This document shows positions 37,027-45,563 of a stretch of DNA of 64,000 bases, piece after piece; the first letter of the stretch is position 1; every line of letters begins with the position of its first letter. Source of the stretch: Candidatus Yanofskybacteria bacterium. Lineage in GTDB: Bacteria; Patescibacteriota; Minisyncoccia; 2-02-FULL-40-12; IGHO2-01-FULL-4-A. The DNA lies in assembly GCA_016181175.1 (NCBI GenBank), contig JACOZV010000002.1:64115-128114 (forward strand). Direction: 5' to 3'. The notes beneath the pieces are model-generated. The model was not told where the DNA came from. It made no database searches and saw nothing but the letters and a program-made list of their open reading frames with translations. The translations under genes and the position numbers were made by a program.

Positions 37027-38162
37027 TTTGGCTGTTCCGTCATTGCCAAAATTTCTTCAAAAACAATTTCTTTGGTGGTGGTGTATTCTTTGCCCGGCGC
37101 TAAAACTAATCTGTGGACTATCACATTCCCAGCAACTTCTTTAACGTGTTCGGGTCTTACCTCCATACTGCCATCAAAAAATGATCTAACTCTTGCAGCA
37201 GCTTCAAGATGAAAATTAACTCTCGGACTGGCGCCGACTGCAACGTTTTCTTTAAGGAATTTGCCAAGCAGAGTGTTTGGGTCAGTAACTTTTGGATTGG
37301 GGTCGGTATTACGCAATAAACGTGTCAGATAATCGCTGGCCATGGAGGAAGTCTCAACGTGCATATTGATCCAGTGAGCACAAGCCAAGACTTCTTGCAA
37401 ATCGGTGACCTGTTCAATTTTCTTACCGATTACAGTGGCAGCCCTGATTTTTTTTTCCTCTTCCAGCGTGGGCCTATCTATAGGAATAGTTAAAGTAATC
37501 CTATCTAATTCGGCCATAGGGTTAGGATATGATCCCTCTTCTTCTCCAAAAATGTTTTCTGTAAGTAAAACCATGAAGAAGCGTGGCGATTTAATGTCAT
37601 TGTAATCTCCTGATAGCGGAAACAGGGGAAGTGTCGGCATAACCTGTTCACTATCGTCTATGTAATCACTTTTCGGACTTATTGCCCTTTCTTCCATTGC
37701 TTGTATTAGAGCGGACTTTGTCCTTGGCGGCATGCGGTTGCCTTCGTCTATTAATATAATGTGGTTAAAAATCGGGCCGGGTTTGAATTGCACCCTTCTT
37801 TCGCCTTTTGCATTTTCTATCATGACTTGGCCGCCTAAAATATCATAAGGAAGAAGATCTGGAGTGCCTTGGATGACTTTGAAATTTGCCTTGATAGATT
37901 TAGCCAAAGATTTTGAACCGTCAGTTTTTCCGATTCCGGTGCCACCCCTGAACATTATGTGTGGCTGGCCAACAGATTTGATGCTTCCTATCTCATCTGA
38001 ATAAGGCACAAGTATAAAAAGGTCTTCGGTCAGTAGTCCCAATGGCTTTTCAAGGCCGATAAGCCATCGGATTGTCTGTTCATAAATTTTGTTTCTTACG
38101 TTCCTGATGTAGTCTGCTGTAATTTGACTCAAATCAATACCTTGCGGCAAGTTATAATTCAT
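37017..38162 (-). CDS. MoxR-family AAA+ ATPase
   Basis: Walker A GGTGIGKT. Walker B and sensor region ILIDEGNRMPPRTKSALIQAMEERAI. It carries an insertion of about 60 aa relative to typical MoxR proteins. Confidence 0.75.
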   Translation of the reverse strand: MNYNLPQGIDLSQITADYIRNVRNKIYEQTIRWLIGLEKPLGLLTEDLFILVPYSDEIGSIKSVGQPHIMFRGGTGIGKTDGSKSLAKSIKANFKVIQGTPDLLPYDILGGQVMIENAKGERRVQFKPGPIFNHIILIDEGNRMPPRTKSALIQAMEERAISPKSDYIDDSEQVMPTLPLFPLSGDYNDIKSPRFFMVLLTENIFGEEEGSYPNPMAELDRITLTIPIDRPTLEEEKKIRAATVIGKKIEQVTDLQEVLACAHWINMHVETSSMASDYLTRLLRNTDPNPKVTDPNTLLGKFLKENVAVGASPRVNFHLEAAARVRSFFDGSMEVRPEHVKEVAGNVIVHRLVLAPGKEYTTTKEIVFEEILAMTEQPKWR

Positions 38163-38267
38163 AAATCCTCACTTCTTTTTAAAGTTCTTAGTTGATTGGA
38201 TAATAGTTGAGACCCATAATTCAGTCAATGGTTCAGGGTTAAATAAAAAGCCCTCTTTTGTGAGGAC

Positions 38268-39128
38268 TTATTGTGTGTTTGCAAGTTGTGCCATTAGCTT
38301 TTTAAGTTCTGACGCGGGCACAAGAAAAAGTGTATTCCACGGCTTCTGGATTATTTTACCTTTTCTAAACTCCAGTCCGCCGGGCAACTCGTTTGAGTTG
38401 ATGCCCACTATTTCATTTCTATTATTGACCGTGGGGCCGCCGCTTAGGCCGCTAAAACCCCTATCTACGGCAAGCCTATGCTCTTCCGTTGTATTTATTT
38501 GAGTAAATATGTTCGTGGCTTCGGCTAATATTTTTGACGAACCGCGTATGGTTTTATTTTGCATCAAAACGTTTAGATTAGTTATTTTTCCTTCCAGACT
38601 GTCATATACGAATTCCCCGTTGTTTCCTAATATATCATAATAATTACGGTATATCGGCAAAATTTCTTTGCCTTTTTGATGCATTGTTGGATGCGGGTGT
38701 ATACCCCTTACAAAAATTTGGTCGCCAACATTTACTTGCTCGGCTATTTTATACGGTTCCGGAAAAGTTGTCGGGTCAAAATTTCCGCTTATTTGAATAA
38801 CCACCAAATCGGTAATTGGCGGGAGTTTCAAAAGAAAACCGTCGTATACTCTACTGTTGAAAAATATTTTGCACTGGCCGTCGCTTTCACTGCCGACAAA
38901 ATGTTTTGCTGAAGCAAAGCGTCCCTTTTGCTTGTCAACCAAAAAAGCGGATGCTGAAATAAATGGCGCGCCGTTCCTCTCCCTTATAACCAGCGCCTCT
39001 CTAACGGTAGAATTTTGCTGATATCGTCTTGCTTCCTGATAAATATTCAATTCATTTGCGGAGGGTCCGCAACCATAAATACTTAGGAAAATAAGCATAA
39101 ATAAAAAAAATGCAATTCGTGTTTTCAC
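38268..39128 (-). CDS. trypsin-like serine protease lipoprotein
   Basis: Lipobox LSIYGCG. Catalytic-serine motif GFSGLSGGPTV (GDSGGP variant) near the C-terminus. Confidence 0.65.
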   Translation of the reverse strand: MKTRIAFFLFMLIFLSIYGCGPSANELNIYQEARRYQQNSTVREALVIRERNGAPFISASAFLVDKQKGRFASAKHFVGSESDGQCKIFFNSRVYDGFLLKLPPITDLVVIQISGNFDPTTFPEPYKIAEQVNVGDQIFVRGIHPHPTMHQKGKEILPIYRNYYDILGNNGEFVYDSLEGKITNLNVLMQNKTIRGSSKILAEATNIFTQINTTEEHRLAVDRGFSGLSGGPTVNNRNEIVGINSNELPGGLEFRKGKIIQKPWNTLFLVPASELKKLMAQLANTQ

Positions 39129-39140
39129 TTTGCCAGCCTC

Positions 39141-40376
39141 CTATTCATTTAAGACCGACTCAATTTTTGGCAACGCCCAATCTATTTCTTCTTTGGTAAC
39201 TATCAATGGCGGGCTGAATCTCAACGTATGTTCGTGGGCGATACCGCACAAAATTCTTTTCTCTAGTAGTCTGCCGCGATAATAATCAGTTTTAAGTAAC
39301 GGATGCAGTTCCACTCCTATCAAAAGGCCTGATCCCCTGACTTCTTTTATAGTGTGACTTTTAAGTTTTTCAAGTTTTCTTAGAAAATATTCTCCTACTT
39401 CCCATGCTTTTCTGACAAAAAAGGGGTTCTCTTTTAGTATATCAAGGACTTCACAAGCTACGGCACAAGCCAGAGGGTTGCCGCCAAAAGTACTTCCATG
39501 ACTGCCGGGGTCAAGAACACTCATCACATCTTTGCGTCCAACCACTGCAGAAATAGGCAAAAGGCCGCCACCAAGCGCTTTGCCGAGAATTAACAGGTCT
39601 GGCTTTGCTTCAAAAGCCTGATGGGCAAACATCATTCCTGTTCTGCCAAACCCGGTTTGAATTTCATCCAATACAAAAAGTGTGTTGTTTTTTTTGCATA
39701 CACGTTCCGCTTGCGTTAAATAATCGTCAGGCGGAATATTGATGCCGCCCTCGCCCTGAATCGGTTCCACTATAAAGGCGGCTGTGTTTTTGTTTATGAC
39801 ACTTTCCAAAGCATTAATATTTCCAAAAGGAATGCTTAAGCATCCTGGCAATAATGGCCCGAAATCCTTGCGATAAGCTTCTTCTGTTGACAGAGATAAA
39901 ACACCCTGGGTCCGGCCGTGAAAATTATTATAGCAGGAGATGATTCCAGCAGAATTGCGGGGTACGCCTTTGGTTCTATATGCCCACCTCTTGGCAATTT
40001 TCATCGCAGTTTCTACCGCTTCAGCGCCGGTATTCATTGCTAAAACTTTATCCATTGAACAAAATTCTGCCAGCTTGCTGCAAAACTTAGTGTATGGTTC
40101 AGTATAATAACTGCCGGTAACTAATGCTAGTTTTTGAGCTTGATTGATGAGGACGGACACAACGCGATCATAATATTCTCCGCTTCTGCCGAAGATAACG
40201 GCGGAATAACCAGCGATCATGTCAAGAAAATCAGTTTGATTTTCGTCGTTTCCCAGCCGACAACCCTTTCCTCTGTCCAAAACCAAAGGATAGCGTGTGT
40301 AATGATGTGCGCTGAATCTTTCCGTTAATTCAATGGTCTCCTCATTTGTCAAAGAACGTTCCATTTTTATCCTCAC
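39141..40376 (-). CDS. class-III PLP-dependent aminotransferase (ornithine/acetylornithine aminotransferase-like)
   Basis: DEIQTGFGRTG and LGKALGGG (PLP lysine). VLDRGKG start typical of ornithine aminotransferases. Confidence 0.8.
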   Translation of the reverse strand: MRIKMERSLTNEETIELTERFSAHHYTRYPLVLDRGKGCRLGNDENQTDFLDMIAGYSAVIFGRSGEYYDRVVSVLINQAQKLALVTGSYYTEPYTKFCSKLAEFCSMDKVLAMNTGAEAVETAMKIAKRWAYRTKGVPRNSAGIISCYNNFHGRTQGVLSLSTEEAYRKDFGPLLPGCLSIPFGNINALESVINKNTAAFIVEPIQGEGGINIPPDDYLTQAERVCKKNNTLFVLDEIQTGFGRTGMMFAHQAFEAKPDLLILGKALGGGLLPISAVVGRKDVMSVLDPGSHGSTFGGNPLACAVACEVLDILKENPFFVRKAWEVGEYFLRKLEKLKSHTIKEVRGSGLLIGVELHPLLKTDYYRGRLLEKRILCGIAHEHTLRFSPPLIVTKEEIDWALPKIESVLNE

Positions 40377-40441
40377 ATCCCCATAAATAACTATCTAAAA
40401 ATACGTTTGAAAAATACCAAGAAATATAGTAATGTGTCAAT

Positions 40442-40550
40442 CCCGTTAGAAGTAGCCCTAACGGGTTCATGAACCAAAGTTGATGCTTAATAATACTAGT
40501 GCAGTGACCATAAGTAAAACTTATGTGTTGCCGTTACTACTTCTAACGGG
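40442..40550. mobile_element. MITE-like element, copy 4 (109 bp; TSD TCAA(T/G))
   Basis: Ends cccgttagaagtagcc / ctacttctaacggg. Interior related to copy 2. Flanks TCAAT and TCAAG. Divergent intergenic region. Confidence 0.7.
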
Positions 40551-40656
40551 ATCAAGGTGGATCCCGAACGAAACAGCCTTTGCTGACAATAAAATAGGGT
40601 TACAGTGGCTATCTAAACGGGGATTAATAAACCCGACTTGTTAATAAGGCACGGAA

Positions 40657-42033
40657 ATGATTTACTCGTGTAAATCATTTCCTGTCTCGTACGGGATGGA
40701 AATTAACCTAAAAACAATTCCCAAGACCGCTGGCGTGTATTTTTTCCGTGATAAACATGGCAATTTGTATATTGGCAAAGCGGTCAACTTAAAAAATAGG
40801 ATTAGTTCATATTTCAATAAGCAGCCAAAAGACCCGCGTATCTCCAAAATGTTAGAAATGGCGGAGAAAGCCACGTTTAAAAAAACTGATTCCGAAATTG
40901 AAGCTTTGATACTTGAATCGCAGCTTATTAAAAAATATAAGCCGCCATTCAATGTAATGCTTCGTGATGACAAACAGTATTTTTACGTCGGATTTACCAA
41001 AGAAAAATTTCCCAAAATTTTTTTATCCCATCAAATACAAAACATCGGTCCGTTCACTGACGGCAACGCTTTAAAAGTAGCAATGCGTTTGTTACGCCGC
41101 TTATTTCCTTATTGTACCTGCGGGCAGGCGCACAATAACTTTTGCTTGAATTATCACATCGGTAATTGCATAGGGTTTTGCTGTCTGAAAAGTCAGAACC
41201 CGGAATCCAAAAAACAGAATCTAGAATTATATAATAAAAATATAAAAGCCATAAAAGAAATTTTAACCGGCAAACGAGATGTTTTGATTAAAAAATTAAA
41301 AAAAGAAATGTTGGGATTGGGCAAAAAACATGATTTTGAAAAGGCCATTGAATTCCGCAACAAAATCCAAAAACTGGAAAAGGTTTTTGAAAACGCCCAA
41401 GTTCTGCTTAATTCTAAATACACGATACTAAATACAAAAAAAGGGTGGAAACTGAATAATCCATTCGCTGAGCTTCAGAACGTTCTAAATTTACCACATC
41501 AGCCCAAAAGGATTGAGGGTTATGATGTTTCTAACATTCAGGGTAAGTTTGCCACTGGTGCAATGGTTGTTTTTATCAATGGCCATCCGGATAAAAGTCA
41601 GTATCGCAAGTTTAAAGTTGGGTCTGAAAGCGTGCCTAATGACATTGCCATGCTCAAAGAGATATTAACGCGGCGGTTTAATCACTCAAAGTGGCCGTAT
41701 CCTGATTTGATAATCGTAGATGGCGGTAAAGCGCAACTTAATATTGCGGCTAAAATCATCTATGGTCATCGCAAGACCATAGATCTTGCGATGACGCAAA
41801 ATCAGATTCCAATTATCGCTCTGACTAAAAATGTCAAACATCGCGGAGATCATATTTACACAACCAATCCAATAAAATTGTCTGCCAATAATTACGGGAC
41901 AAGTAAAAAAACGGCTATGCCGCTTGAAAAATTACCCAAGTCTGTTAAAAATTTAATTTTGCAAATTGATTCTGAAGCCCATAGGTTTGCAGTCAGTTAT
42001 TATAGAAAATTACATCTAGAGTCGGCAAAATAA
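40657..42033 (+). CDS. uvrC: UvrC homologue, short form (GIY-YIG + RNase H-like endonuclease domain; no C-terminal HhH)
   Basis: GVYFFRDKHGNLYIGKAVNLKNRISSYF and EALILESQLIKKYKPPFNVMLRDDKQY are the UvrC N-terminal block. IEGYDVSNIQG...IIVDGGKAQL is the UvrC endonuclease domain. 458 aa, versus about 600 aa for canonical UvrC. The start may be M14 at 40696. Confidence 0.75.
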   Translation: MIYSCKSFPVSYGMEINLKTIPKTAGVYFFRDKHGNLYIGKAVNLKNRISSYFNKQPKDPRISKMLEMAEKATFKKTDSEIEALILESQLIKKYKPPFNVMLRDDKQYFYVGFTKEKFPKIFLSHQIQNIGPFTDGNALKVAMRLLRRLFPYCTCGQAHNNFCLNYHIGNCIGFCCLKSQNPESKKQNLELYNKNIKAIKEILTGKRDVLIKKLKKEMLGLGKKHDFEKAIEFRNKIQKLEKVFENAQVLLNSKYTILNTKKGWKLNNPFAELQNVLNLPHQPKRIEGYDVSNIQGKFATGAMVVFINGHPDKSQYRKFKVGSESVPNDIAMLKEILTRRFNHSKWPYPDLIIVDGGKAQLNIAAKIIYGHRKTIDLAMTQNQIPIIALTKNVKHRGDHIYTTNPIKLSANNYGTSKKTAMPLEKLPKSVKNLILQIDSEAHRFAVSYYRKLHLESAK

Positions 42034-42316
42034 AAACGGCCCAGTTTTGACACAAAGTCTCTGCTGAACCGCTGCGTGTTGTATTATGTTGCCGGGACGC
42101 ACTTACACGCCGTAGCGCCCTCCGCTTCGGGGTTTTTCTCCCCAGGGTTTCCGCCTCCCCTTCATCATAAACCTGGCATGGCCAACAACCTTTCTTTGTC
42201 TCGTTATGGTCACGGCGTGACCATAACGGCCTCCTAATTAAGAACAATGTTTCGCTAGGCCGGAAACTTTCAGCCTATACGTATATTATACTCCTAAACA
42301 AATAAAAAGTCAAGGT

Positions 42317-42344
42317 TTGCATATGAATGGTACGATGCTATACT
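42317..42344 (+). promoter_or_regulatory. sigma-70-type promoter (TTGCAT-16-TATACT)
   Basis: Upstream of the holin-like gene. Short or leaderless 5' UTR. Confidence 0.45.
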
Positions 42345-42359
42345 GGTAATTGCCTTAAT

Positions 42360-42695
42360 ATGGCTATTTTTATAAGGCTTTTTGCTAATATACTGGGTCT
42401 GTATTTAGCCAATCTCTGGGTAAGCGGTTTTGGTGTAATTGACGGCTGGCAAGCATATTTAATAGCCGGAATTACGCTTGGCATTCTTAATTTAATTGTT
42501 AGACCGATATTAAAAGTAATAACTTTCCCTTTGATTGTTATTTCACTGGGACTATTCTTGATTGTAATAAATGCCATAATACTTTGGCTGACAGCACAAC
42601 TCACAGGCTATATAATTATAGAAAGTTACGTTTCCCTATTGTGGGCCACGATAGTCGTAGCGGCAGTAAATTTCATAGCTCATTGGCTAAAGTAG
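42360..42695 (+). CDS. phage-holin-4-like small membrane protein
   Basis: Four hydrophobic helices. MAIFIRLFANILGLYLANLWVSGFGVIDGWQAYLIAGITLGILNLIVRPILKVITFPL resembles pfam04020-type proteins. Start taken at MAIF; the ORF-track start at 42327 is unlikely. Confidence 0.55.
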   Translation: MAIFIRLFANILGLYLANLWVSGFGVIDGWQAYLIAGITLGILNLIVRPILKVITFPLIVISLGLFLIVINAIILWLTAQLTGYIIIESYVSLLWATIVVAAVNFIAHWLK

Positions 42696-42706
42696 TAAAT
42701 TCATAA

Positions 42707-42916
42707 ATGCTAATTACCATTATTCAACTGATTCTCGCCGTTCTCTTAATTGCGGCAATATTATTACAACAGCGCGGTACCGGTCTCTCCGGCGCTTTTG
42801 GCGGTGAGGGAAGCGTTTATTCCACGCGCAGAGGTATAGAAAAAACACTTTTTGCTTCAACAATTATTGTCGCTATTTTATTTTTTGGTGTTTCAATAGC
42901 TAGGCTATTGCTCTAA
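42707..42916 (+). CDS. secG: preprotein translocase subunit SecG
   Basis: LLQQRGTGLSGAFGGEGS is the SecG signature. Two TM helices. Confidence 0.8.
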   Translation: MLITIIQLILAVLLIAAILLQQRGTGLSGAFGGEGSVYSTRRGIEKTLFASTIIVAILFFGVSIARLLL

Positions 42917-43023
42917 ATCGAGTTTTTGTGCTGAGTTGCGGGAACTATTTTTTTATTTAACCCAGACCTTGTCACAAAACCGTTAACCCAATTAACGACT
43001 ATAACCAATTAGATAATTTTTTC

Positions 43024-44835
43024 GTGTCTCCAAAGAAGGAAAAAGACAAAAAACTATCGAACAGAATGAGTTGGCCAAAAGAGTGGTTATACTCCATTTT
43101 GCCTTCTAGAAAACAGCTCAGGCATTTACCCAAAGTACTTTCTCCAAAAGAAAGAAAAATTATTCTTGTTTTGTTTGTAATTACAATAGGGTCTCTAGTG
43201 GCTATGCCCCTAGCTGCATTTTATCATTTTACAAAACCAGTTCCGTCTTTTGGCGGTAGTCTGACCGAGGGTATTATAGGTGTGCTCAAGTATCTTAATC
43301 CGCTTCTTGCCCAAAACAATGACGCAGATAGAGACTTGGTCAGTTTGGTTTTTGACGGCTTAATGCGTTATGACGGCCAAGGAAAAATTGAGAATGGACT
43401 CGCACAATCTTATGAAATATCTACAGACGGACTGACTTATACTTTTAAATTACGTGACAACCTCAAGTGGCATGATGGCAAACCTCTTACATCTGATGAT
43501 GTAGTATTCACAATCCTCACCGCGCAAAACGCTGATTACGGCAGTTCACAAAGAATCATCTGGCAAGGGATTGAAGTAAGCAAGGTGGACGATCAAACGG
43601 TAGTTTTCAAATTAAAAAATAAATATGCCCAATTTTTAAACAACACCACACTGGGAATTTTGCCAAAACATATCTGGGAAAATGTAAAACCAGTCAATTT
43701 TAGTTTGTCGGATTTTAATATAAAACCCATTGGTTCAGGACCGTACAAATTTTATAAGATTAGGCGAGACAGTTCTGGTAATATTATATATTTTGAATTA
43801 GCTCCATTCGAAAAATATTATGTCGGCAGACCGTATATATCCAGAATTACTTTTAAATTTTATCAATCTGATGAACAACTTTTAGTCGCATACGGCAATG
43901 GAGAGGTTGAGGGTTTGGGCTTTCTTTCGCCGCAAAAATTAAATTCAATCAGATTTCTAGGTCAGTTAAAAATTAGAAAACTTCAATTGCCAAGATATTT
44001 TGCGATATTTTTTAATCAGAATCGAAGTAAATTGCTAACTGATAAAAATTTGCGGCTTGCTTTAAGCTACATGACCGACAAGGAAAAACTTCTAGAAAAC
44101 ATACTGGAAAATAACGGCATGGCCATCAATTCACCAGTGCTTCCCGGCATTGTTAACATACCCGATAGCATAACAAAATATGATTTTAATCTAGAGACGG
44201 CTAATAAAATTTTAGAAGATGCGGGGTGGAAATATCCCGCCAGTTCTTCAGCTGATATTAATATTCGGGAAAAATCCCCTCCCCCGCCAAAAAACAAAAA
44301 AGAAAGTCCGGGGGAACCGACAAAATTGGAAATTAAACTGACCACATCTGATTGGCCAGAGCTTATTGCTGTTGGAAATGAAATTAAAAAACAATGGGAA
44401 GTCGCTGGCGTGCAGGTTTTATTGGAAATTTTGCCGTTGCCAGAGCTTCAGCAAGCAATAAAGAGCCGTGAATACGACGCATTGCTTTTTGGGGAAGTTT
44501 TGTCACTGGATCCTGACCCTTTTAGCTTTTGGCATTCTTCGCAAAAACGAGATCCAGGGCTTAACTTAGCGTTATATGACAATAAGGATGCCGATAAGTT
44601 GCTGGAAGAAGCCAGACAAATTCTTGATGATTCCGAGCGCTTGTCAAAATATGATGATTTTCAAAAAATTGTGGTCAATGATGTCCCTGTAATATTCCTT
44701 TACAGCCCGGATTATCTATACGCGCAACCTACCAAGATAAAAGGAAATGAAACAAAATTAATTTCTGTACCCTCTGATCGTTTTGATACGATTAATAAAT
44801 GGTATATAGAAACAAAAAGAATCTTAAGGAAGTAA
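43024..44835 (+). CDS. ABC transporter substrate-binding protein, family 5 (peptide/nickel type), membrane-anchored
   Basis: N-terminal TM. LTYTFKLRDNLKWHDGKPLTSDDVVFT is the SBP_bac_5 signature. Confidence 0.75.
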   Translation: MSPKKEKDKKLSNRMSWPKEWLYSILPSRKQLRHLPKVLSPKERKIILVLFVITIGSLVAMPLAAFYHFTKPVPSFGGSLTEGIIGVLKYLNPLLAQNNDADRDLVSLVFDGLMRYDGQGKIENGLAQSYEISTDGLTYTFKLRDNLKWHDGKPLTSDDVVFTILTAQNADYGSSQRIIWQGIEVSKVDDQTVVFKLKNKYAQFLNNTTLGILPKHIWENVKPVNFSLSDFNIKPIGSGPYKFYKIRRDSSGNIIYFELAPFEKYYVGRPYISRITFKFYQSDEQLLVAYGNGEVEGLGFLSPQKLNSIRFLGQLKIRKLQLPRYFAIFFNQNRSKLLTDKNLRLALSYMTDKEKLLENILENNGMAINSPVLPGIVNIPDSITKYDFNLETANKILEDAGWKYPASSSADINIREKSPPPPKNKKESPGEPTKLEIKLTTSDWPELIAVGNEIKKQWEVAGVQVLLEILPLPELQQAIKSREYDALLFGEVLSLDPDPFSFWHSSQKRDPGLNLALYDNKDADKLLEEARQILDDSERLSKYDDFQKIVVNDVPVIFLYSPDYLYAQPTKIKGNETKLISVPSDRFDTINKWYIETKRILRK

Positions 44836-44864
44836 CTAGCAACTAGCAATAAACTACGAAACTA

Positions 44865-44893
44865 TTGACTACGGTTGCTAGTTTTGCTATAAT
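44865..44893 (+). promoter_or_regulatory. sigma-70-type promoter (TTGACT-17-TATAAT) for tRNA-Leu
   Basis: The -35 is at 44865-70, the -10 at 44888-93, about 85 nt upstream of tRNA-Leu. Confidence 0.6.
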
Positions 44894-44976
44894 GAAATTT
44901 CATATTTAGAAACTCGTCATTTTGGCTCAATGTGCTAAATTACATGGTTTTTAATCTTTTTAATTTAACCACTCAA

Positions 44977-45060
44977 GCTCGGGTGGTGGAATTGGCAGAC
45001 ACGTTAGCTTCAGGAGCTAATGGACGCAAGTCCGTGGGAGTTCAAATCTCCCTCCGAGCA
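44977..45060 (+). tRNA. tRNA-Leu (CAG), long variable arm
   Basis: GCTCGGG-TG-GTGGAATTGGCAGACAC-G-TTAGC-TTCAGGA-GCTAA-TGGACGCAAGTCCGT-GGGAG-TTCAAAT-CTCCC-TCCGAGC-A. Confidence 0.85.
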
Positions 45061-45070
45061 CAATAACTTT

Positions 45071-45550
45071 TTGAAAAAACAAGAAAAACCCAAAATAGTT
45101 TTATTTGATTCTTACATCAAAACTGTCAAAAACAGTATCGGTTCAAATTTATTTCGTAATTTTTATTGTAAAATTGGCAGTAAAACAGTAGACGTTCTTG
45201 AAGACGGTAATCTGTCATGCGCAAAATTTGTTTCCTCAATTCTTTATCTTTTTAAATTAATTTCCGATATGCATACCACTGTTTCTGGAACTGTGGCCGA
45301 TCTTCAAAAATCAGGCTGGATTCAAACTGCAAAGCCGAGAGTGGGCACGGTAATTGTTTGGGAGGCCAAAAAAGTCAAGAACGGAAATTTTCACAAGCAC
45401 ATCGGATTTTATATAGGTAATAAACGGGTCATAAGCAGTAGTTACGAAAAACACCAACCGATAGTGCATCATTGGACTTACGGGACTAAAAATAGCAAGC
45501 CGGTGCGTAAAGTGGAACAAATATTTTGGAATAAAAGTTTAATTAAATAG
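45071..45550 (+). CDS. NlpC/P60-like (papain-fold) domain protein
   Basis: DGNLSCAKFVSSILY (catalytic-Cys context G.DCSxFV) and HKHIGFYIGNKRVI (His motif HxGIYxG). The ORF-track start at 45020 overlaps tRNA-Leu; the start is likely TTG/ATG downstream and is uncertain. Confidence 0.5.
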   Translation: MKKQEKPKIVLFDSYIKTVKNSIGSNLFRNFYCKIGSKTVDVLEDGNLSCAKFVSSILYLFKLISDMHTTVSGTVADLQKSGWIQTAKPRVGTVIVWEAKKVKNGNFHKHIGFYIGNKRVISSSYEKHQPIVHHWTYGTKNSKPVRKVEQIFWNKSLIK

Positions 45551-45563
45551 AAGTCTTTAAAAA

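Noticed and set aside
41993-42247. 84-aa minus-strand ORF (Arg-rich)
   Set aside because: Lies in the GC-rich structured block. The composition is typical of a non-coding GC-rich frame.
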